Origin: an uncultured Planctomycetota bacterium
Lineage (GTDB): Bacteria > Planctomycetota > PLA2 > JAEUHO01
Direction of reading: 5' to 3'
Length of the DNA stretch: 64,000 bases
Assembly (NCBI GenBank): GCA_963752285.1
Contig: CAVVXN010000005.1
Location: 832,001-896,000 of the forward strand
Under the pieces are notes generated by a model, which saw only the letters and a list, made by a program, of their open reading frames with translations, had not been told where the DNA came from and ran no database searches. A program made the translations under genes and the position numbers. Position 1 is the stretch's first letter; every line of letters begins with the position of its first letter. Positions 58,392 through 64,000 of this stretch are shown one piece after another.

Positions 58392-60368
58392 TCACCGGTG
58401 CGCGTTCCGCTGCGCTCTCAGCTGGGCGAGGTGCGGCGGCACGTTCCGGTTCAGCGGATCCAGGGCGACCTGACGGGCGAACGCGTCGATCGCACCGTCC
58501 AGGTCGCCGGCGATCTCGCGCGCGGACCCGAGGCGGAACCAGCGCAGGTCGTCGTCGGGGACGTCCGCCGCGTCGCGTTCGAGCTCCGGGAGGGCCTGGT
58601 CCAGCAGGCGGCGGTTCTCCCGGACGCGGTCCCACCCCTCCAGGGCCGCCCGCGCCGCGCGTCGCCGGACCGGGAGCGACGGGTCCTTCAGCGCGTCGAG
58701 GAGGGTCGCGTCCACGTCGGTGCCCCGGATCCCGGCGAGCGCGCCGACGGCCTCGCGGCGGACGAGCGAGTCGTCGTCCGTCGCGTAGAGGAGCAGCGCC
58801 TCCCGGGCCGCGTCGCCGTGCGGCGCGAGGAGGCGGGCCGCGGTGGCGCGGTAGAAGCGCGGCGCGTCGCGGTCGCCGAGGAGGGTCGTGAGCGCCACGA
58901 GCGTCGCGGGGCTCGCGTCGCGGTCTTGGCGGGCCGCCGCGAGGATGCGTTCGTACCGTTTCATCGGCCGCGCGTCGGGCCACCATCCCCGCCGGGCCCC
59001 CACGACCTTCTCGTGGTCCAAGGCGGGCGCGCCCGGCGGCGCGCCCCGGGCGCCCGTGTGGCACCACGTGCAGGCGTCCAACGCCAGGCGGTCGCTCGTC
59101 GCCTCGGGGCGCGGGATCGAGATCGTGTGGTCCACCACCACGCCCCGTCCCCGCTCGATGCGCAGGAACGGCATGTGGCAGTCCACGCACCGGCCCCCCG
59201 GCGCGTGCGCGGGATGGTGCGAGTGCGGCTCGGGGTCCGACGTCAGGTTCTCGTGGCAGTCGCTGCACATCGAGTCGTCGCCGAGCGGCACGTAGAGCGA
59301 CACGTCGCGCTCGGTCCCGTGCGGGTCGTGACAGGTGACGCACGTCATCTTGCCCTCGGCCGCGCAGCGGCTCACGAGGAACGGGAGGCCCGCGTAGACG
59401 AGACGCACGGGCCGGCCGAACGCGTCCACACGCTCGGGGTCGTCGAGCAGGGAGGGGTCCACGTGCTCGAAGACGTCGTCGCCCGGCCGCCACCGGTGGT
59501 CGAGACGTTCGCCCTCCATGTGGCATCGGATGCAGATCCCGACGGCCTGGTCCCGCGAGAGCCCCTGGATCGGGAAGATCGGGTCGGTGCCCGACCCCGC
59601 CTCCCCCGCGGGCACGCCGTGGCGGGCGGGCGCGTAGTAGCGCGCGTGGTCGGCGCCCGGACCGTGGCACGCTTCGCACTCGATGCCCGCGCGCTGCCAC
59701 CTCGCGTGTCCCGGGTTGCCGTCCGGCGTCGGCGGGACCACGGAGCGGCCCGTGACGTGGCACTCCGAGCACCGGGCGCCGAACGCGCGTACGGGGCCGG
59801 TCCAGAACGTCGGGTCCCCCGGCTCGACCTGCGGCACCTCGTCGTACGCGCCGGCGGCCGTGGCGGTCCCCATCGCGCCGTAGATGAGCACCGTGTAGTC
59901 GAACCACTGGTCCTCGGGCAGGTCGAGCATGCCGGGCAGGATCTGGAGCCGGCCGTCGGGGAGCGTCGTCAGGTACATCTGGACGCGGCGGCGGCCGAGG
60001 ACGTACGTGAGCGGGTACGTCACGTCCTTCCCCTCGGGTCCCATCGTGGTGGCGTAGGCGCGCCAGTCGTCGCCCTGGCCCTCCGCGATGAAGCTCGTGC
60101 GGCCGGGCGGGTGCTCGACGGTCCGGCCCTCGCGGATCGCCGCCGGCACGTCGTCGGGCCGCGCCCGCTCGAGCGTGTGCGCGTGCGTGCTCGGCGCCCA
60201 CGCGAGGTATTCGACGCCGTGGCAGGCCTGGCAGCCCTGGGCGCCGAGGAGCGCGCCTCCCGACTCGTCCGGACGCGCGTTCGGCGCGAGGAGCACGCCG
60301 ACCCCTGCGAGGAGGACGACCGACAAGACGGTCAGTGCGGCGCGGAAGGTGGCGCGTCGGGCGGACAT
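58392..60368 (-). CDS. Octaheme cytochrome c with C-terminal HEAT/TPR repeats
   Basis: Eight CxxCH motifs (CQACH, CSECH, CEACH, CIRCH, CVTCH, CSDCH, CVDCH, CTWCH); N-terminal signal/TM. Confidence 0.92.
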   Translation of the reverse strand: MSARRATFRAALTVLSVVLLAGVGVLLAPNARPDESGGALLGAQGCQACHGVEYLAWAPSTHAHTLERARPDDVPAAIREGRTVEHPPGRTSFIAEGQGDDWRAYATTMGPEGKDVTYPLTYVLGRRRVQMYLTTLPDGRLQILPGMLDLPEDQWFDYTVLIYGAMGTATAAGAYDEVPQVEPGDPTFWTGPVRAFGARCSECHVTGRSVVPPTPDGNPGHARWQRAGIECEACHGPGADHARYYAPARHGVPAGEAGSGTDPIFPIQGLSRDQAVGICIRCHMEGERLDHRWRPGDDVFEHVDPSLLDDPERVDAFGRPVRLVYAGLPFLVSRCAAEGKMTCVTCHDPHGTERDVSLYVPLGDDSMCSDCHENLTSDPEPHSHHPAHAPGGRCVDCHMPFLRIERGRGVVVDHTISIPRPEATSDRLALDACTWCHTGARGAPPGAPALDHEKVVGARRGWWPDARPMKRYERILAAARQDRDASPATLVALTTLLGDRDAPRFYRATAARLLAPHGDAAREALLLYATDDDSLVRREAVGALAGIRGTDVDATLLDALKDPSLPVRRRAARAALEGWDRVRENRRLLDQALPELERDAADVPDDDLRWFRLGSAREIAGDLDGAIDAFARQVALDPLNRNVPPHLAQLRAQRNAHR

Positions 60369-60575
60369 CAGAGGGAGGATACCGCGGCGTCGCCCGTCGC
60401 CGGCCCGCCGGGTCGGAGGCGTCGTCCGCGGGCGTCGGGTAGGGGCCTGGATCCACGGCGGGCGGGGCCCGGGCCCGAGCACGTGCACGCTCTCGGGCAA
60501 CGCGGGCGCGACCGCCCGTCGCGCCCGTGCTCGATCTCGTGCCCCGCGAAGCCGCGGGACGGACGGGGCCCCGCC

Positions 60576-61775
60576 CTACCCCAGCATCCCCAGCCCCTCG
60601 TACGCGCCGTCGAGGACGCGCTTCGCGTCCACGCCGAGCCAGCGGTCGAGGATCGTCGCGTACACGCGCCGAAAGTCGGTCGTGAAGACCAGGTCGCCGT
60701 TGTGATCGAGGTGGTCGAGGCTCGGCTGCGTCCCGTAGAGTCCGCCCTTGAGCGGACGGCCCACGAGGAAGAGCGGCGCCGCGGTCCCGTGGTCGGTGCC
60801 GCCGGAGGCGTTCTCGGCCACCCGGCGTCCGAACTCGGAGAAGGCCATCACGACGACCCGGTCCGCGACCCCCTGCGCCTCGAGGTCGGCCAGGAAGGCC
60901 CCGAGGGCGTCGCCGAGATCGTGCATCAGCGTGTCGTGGCGGGTCTGCTGCTGCGTGTGGGTGTCGAAGCCGCCCGTCTCGACCGAGATCACGCGCGCCC
61001 GGATCCCGCCGACGATCAGCGCGGCGGCGAGGGAGAGGTCGCGGCCGAGCGAGCCGCGCGTCGGGTACTCGGACTTCGGCCGGTACTTGGAGACCGTCCG
61101 TCGAACCCGCGCCGACGACGCGAGGGCCTCGGCGGCCTCGCGGTGGAGCCACGCGGGGTCGTCGTCGCCCCGCCGGGCCGCGTTCAGGGCCTCGAACGCC
61201 TGCTGCTCGCGCGAGCGGCCGAACCAACGGTAGGCCTCGGCGTAGCGGATGGCGATCGCGTCGTGCGACACGGACTCGAGCGCGTAGGGAACGCGCTCGC
61301 CGACGTGGATCGAGGCCTCCGCGCCCGCGTCGCCCGCCGCGCCGGCGTCGAGCGCGCGGCCGAGCCAACCCGTGGGCACCTGGCGGCCACGCGGGCTCGC
61401 CGTCTGCCAGATGTCCATGCTCTCGAAGTGGCTCCGGTTCGGGTTCGGGTACCCGGCGCCGAGCACGACGGCGAGGCGACCGGCGTCCCACGCCGGGCGG
61501 AGCCCGGAGAGGCCGGGATGGAGCCCGATGCCGTCCCCGAGGCGGATCACCTCCTTCGCGGCGACGGCGGTCGTTCGCCGGACGCGGTAGAGCGTCTCCT
61601 CTCCGAACGGCACCACGGTCGAGAGGCCGTCGTTGCCTCCGCTCATCTGCACGACCACGAACACGCGGTCGTTCGTGGGCGCCCCCAAGGCCGGGAAGGC
61701 GCCGCGGCCGAGCGCGGCGAGGGCGAGGCCGGCGCCCGCGCTCTGGCGGAAGAGGTCGCGACGGTTGATCGGCAT
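60576..61775 (-). CDS. DUF1501 domain-containing protein (copy 2, Tat signal)
   Basis: NRRDLFR; SGGNDGL, YPNPNRSHFES, GFDTH and SEFGRRVAENASGGTDHG motifs. Confidence 0.93.
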   Translation of the reverse strand: MPINRRDLFRQSAGAGLALAALGRGAFPALGAPTNDRVFVVVQMSGGNDGLSTVVPFGEETLYRVRRTTAVAAKEVIRLGDGIGLHPGLSGLRPAWDAGRLAVVLGAGYPNPNRSHFESMDIWQTASPRGRQVPTGWLGRALDAGAAGDAGAEASIHVGERVPYALESVSHDAIAIRYAEAYRWFGRSREQQAFEALNAARRGDDDPAWLHREAAEALASSARVRRTVSKYRPKSEYPTRGSLGRDLSLAAALIVGGIRARVISVETGGFDTHTQQQTRHDTLMHDLGDALGAFLADLEAQGVADRVVVMAFSEFGRRVAENASGGTDHGTAAPLFLVGRPLKGGLYGTQPSLDHLDHNGDLVFTTDFRRVYATILDRWLGVDAKRVLDGAYEGLGMLG

Positions 61776-61798
61776 GGAAGGGGCTCCCGAAGGGAAGG

Positions 61799-63457
61799 TC
61801 AGCGGAGCTGGAACTCGGGGGACGAGACGAGGAGTCGGAGCACGGCGTGGACGCGGGCGTCCACGGGTCCCACGTCCGGGTCCTGGAGGAGGCCGAGGAG
61901 CGCGGCGTGCGCAGGCAAAGCGAGGGGGCGGGCGAGGAGACGCGACTCGTAGTGGTCGAGGATGTCCGCGGGTCGCTTCAGGCCGCGCGCCGCGAGATCC
62001 CTCTCGGCGTCGTAGAGGTCGGGCCCGCCCCGTCCGCGCGCACCGCGTCGCGCGGCGCGTCGCGCGTCGTTCGGACGCATCGTGTCGCCGCCGCCCGCCG
62101 GCGCGCCCTTCTTCGGAGCGCCGCCCTTCGTGGCCCCGGCCTTCCCCCCGCCGGCGTTCGGCCGGGCGAGGGCGGCGAGGCCCGCGCGGTCCTCGGGCTC
62201 CCCCACCACGGCGAGCGCGACGTTGTAGCGTGCGAGGAGCTGCCCGGTGGTGATCCACGCGCGACCGCCATCCCAGCCCTTCACGTTCGGCGGGTCGAAG
62301 AGGTCCTGGCCCAGGAACGCCGTCAGGCGCCCGAGCGGGAGCCGCGGCGGCGGCACGACGCCGAGGGTGCGGAAGAGCCCGGCCACGAGGTCCACCGGGC
62401 TCTTGATCTTCGTGCCGACGGCGGCGTCGTCGTAGAAGGCGCGCGACGCGAAGATCTTCTCGAGGACCGGGGCGATCTCGTAGTCGGACCGGCGGATCTC
62501 GCCCGACACCGCCTCGACCAGGGCATCCGGAGGCGACGCCTCCACGAAGCACGCGAGGAGTCGCTGCGCGAGATGCCTCGGCGCCGCGTCCTGGGCGAGA
62601 AGGATCTCGAGCACGTCCTGCCCGTCGAGGCGACCCGTCTTCCCGAGCACGGTCTTCTCGCCGTCGTCGTGCTGCGCGCGGTTCATCGCGAACTGGCCGT
62701 CGTTCACGGTCCAGCCGGTGAACGCACGCGCGGCCTCCTTCACGTCGGACTCGGTGTAGTGGCCGATGCCGAGCGTGAACAGCTCCATCACCTCGCGGGC
62801 GAAGTTCTCGTTCGGATGACCCTTCACGTTCCGGTCGCCGTCGAGGTAGCGGAGCATCGCGGCGTCGCGGGCCATCTCCTGGAGGAGACGCCGGAAGGAG
62901 CCCGTGGCGAGGCCGCGCATCGTCGTGTTCTGCTCGTAGAGGTGGTACGAGGAGCGAACCGAGCGCCACGCCGACGTGAAGAGCCCGTGCCAGACGAGCG
63001 TCATACGCTCCTCGAGCGGTCGCGGCGTGGTGATCATCCGGCGGATCCACCAGTCCTTCAGCTCGCGCGCCTGCGCGGCGTCCTCGCGCTGCCACGTCTG
63101 GCGGACCTCGCGACGCTCCTCCTCCGTCTTCCCGAGGAGCGCCTCGCGACCGGGCCGCTCGCGGACGGTGACCTCGAACCGCGGCGCGTCCCGCCACGCG
63201 ACGTCCTGGTACCGGACGAGGCGGTGGACCGCGCCCTCGAGGCCGAGGTCGAAGAGCGCCTTCACCTCCTCGGGCGTGCCGCCGAAGCCCGCACGGTCGA
63301 GCAGGTGACGCGCGTCGGCGAGGGTGAACCGTTCCGCCGGGAGCGGGGCGAGCGGGTCGTCCGCGGCCGCGGACGCGGGCCGCGTCGCGACGCCGACGAG
63401 CACGAGCGCCGCCAGGAGGGCGGCGCGAACGAGGTGGGTCCCGAGGCGGCGTCTCAT
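61799..63457 (-). CDS. DUF1800 domain-containing protein (copy 2, with signal peptide)
   Basis: HLLDRAGFG, ERMTLVWH, PNENFAREVMELFTLG, PPNVKGW and SPEFQL motifs. Confidence 0.93.
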   Translation of the reverse strand: MRRRLGTHLVRAALLAALVLVGVATRPASAAADDPLAPLPAERFTLADARHLLDRAGFGGTPEEVKALFDLGLEGAVHRLVRYQDVAWRDAPRFEVTVRERPGREALLGKTEEERREVRQTWQREDAAQARELKDWWIRRMITTPRPLEERMTLVWHGLFTSAWRSVRSSYHLYEQNTTMRGLATGSFRRLLQEMARDAAMLRYLDGDRNVKGHPNENFAREVMELFTLGIGHYTESDVKEAARAFTGWTVNDGQFAMNRAQHDDGEKTVLGKTGRLDGQDVLEILLAQDAAPRHLAQRLLACFVEASPPDALVEAVSGEIRRSDYEIAPVLEKIFASRAFYDDAAVGTKIKSPVDLVAGLFRTLGVVPPPRLPLGRLTAFLGQDLFDPPNVKGWDGGRAWITTGQLLARYNVALAVVGEPEDRAGLAALARPNAGGGKAGATKGGAPKKGAPAGGGDTMRPNDARRAARRGARGRGGPDLYDAERDLAARGLKRPADILDHYESRLLARPLALPAHAALLGLLQDPDVGPVDARVHAVLRLLVSSPEFQLR

Positions 63458-63636
63458 CCGGCTCTCCGAGGGGCTCGAGGCGCGCCACCACGCGCGACCT
63501 CCACCGGGGCCCTGAACCCCGCGCGCCCGCGAGGGTAGCGAGCGGGGAGCCCGGGTCGGGACCATCCTCCCGGCCGCGGGGCCCGTCCCCGCGTCCTCGC
63601 GCCGACCGGTCCCGGGCGGGGGCCGCCCGGATCCCC

Positions 63637-64000
63637 TCAGGGGCGTTCGAGGCGGCAGACGACCCAGCGGCCGTGCCGCCCGACGACCGTCTGCCGGAAG
63701 ATGCCCCGTCCGGAGAGGGTCGAGACGGGCCCGAGGTCCTCCGTCGCGGTCACGAGCCCGATCGGGCCTTCGAGGCGACCCGCGTCGGCGGGGTCGAGGA
63801 GGTCCACGGTGGGACGGCCGCCCGCGAGGTCGGCGAGTCGGCGCCGCGCGACCGGGTCCACCCCGGGCAGCTCGAGCGCCACCGTGCCCGCGGCGCCCGC
63901 GGCGTCGGCGGCCGAGCGCACGGCGTCGCCGAGGTCGAGGAGGCGACCCGCGAGCCCGGGCGCGCGCGGGGCGAGCTCGGCCCGAACCGCGCCCGAGCCC
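63637..64000 (-). CDS. Hypothetical protein, 3' end only (5' end outside window)
   Basis: Frame open from the window edge to TGA at 63637; no recognisable motif. Confidence 0.5.
   Translation of the reverse strand, partial: GSGAVRAELAPRAPGLAGRLLDLGDAVRSAADAAGAAGTVALELPGVDPVARRRLADLAGGRPTVDLLDPADAGRLEGPIGLVTATEDLGPVSTLSGRGIFRQTVVGRHGRWVVCRLERP

Overview
Very GC-rich (roughly three-quarters G+C by eye), gene-dense bacterial chromosomal segment. The gene content (two DUF1800/DUF1501 pairs, many HEAT-repeat and carboxypeptidase-regulatory-like exported proteins, an ECF sigma factor with a prenyltransferase-fold anti-sigma, Cys/Pro-rich lipoproteins) suggests Planctomycetota (inference). About 54 real CDSs can be separated from the many GC-driven shadow ORFs. 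Recognisable genes include cca, purM, rseP, an rlmI-like methyltransferase, smpB, ssrA (tmRNA, tag ANSNYALAA), a macro-domain gene, a class III adenylate cyclase, ygiQ, clpS, gcvT/gcvH, lgt, tolC-family, thiL-tsaE, thiE-like and dapB. No integrase, transposase or cas gene is visible. The most notable signals are: (1) four 198-bp tandem units directly 3' of the tmRNA, each regenerating its 3' end, followed by a 41-bp-period palindromic array resembling type I-E CRISPR repeats; (2) an exported redoxin whose apparent TGA stop is probably selenocysteine (SECIS-like hairpin) and which carries an acyl-carrier-protein-like insertion; (3) a ThiL-TsaE fusion; (4) two convergent DUF1800-DUF1501 modules enclosing an octaheme cytochrome; (5) a recurring TAnnnT hexamer 6-9 nt upstream of start codons, suggesting leaderless mRNAs. 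Family calls are from motif recognition only, and no database searches were run.
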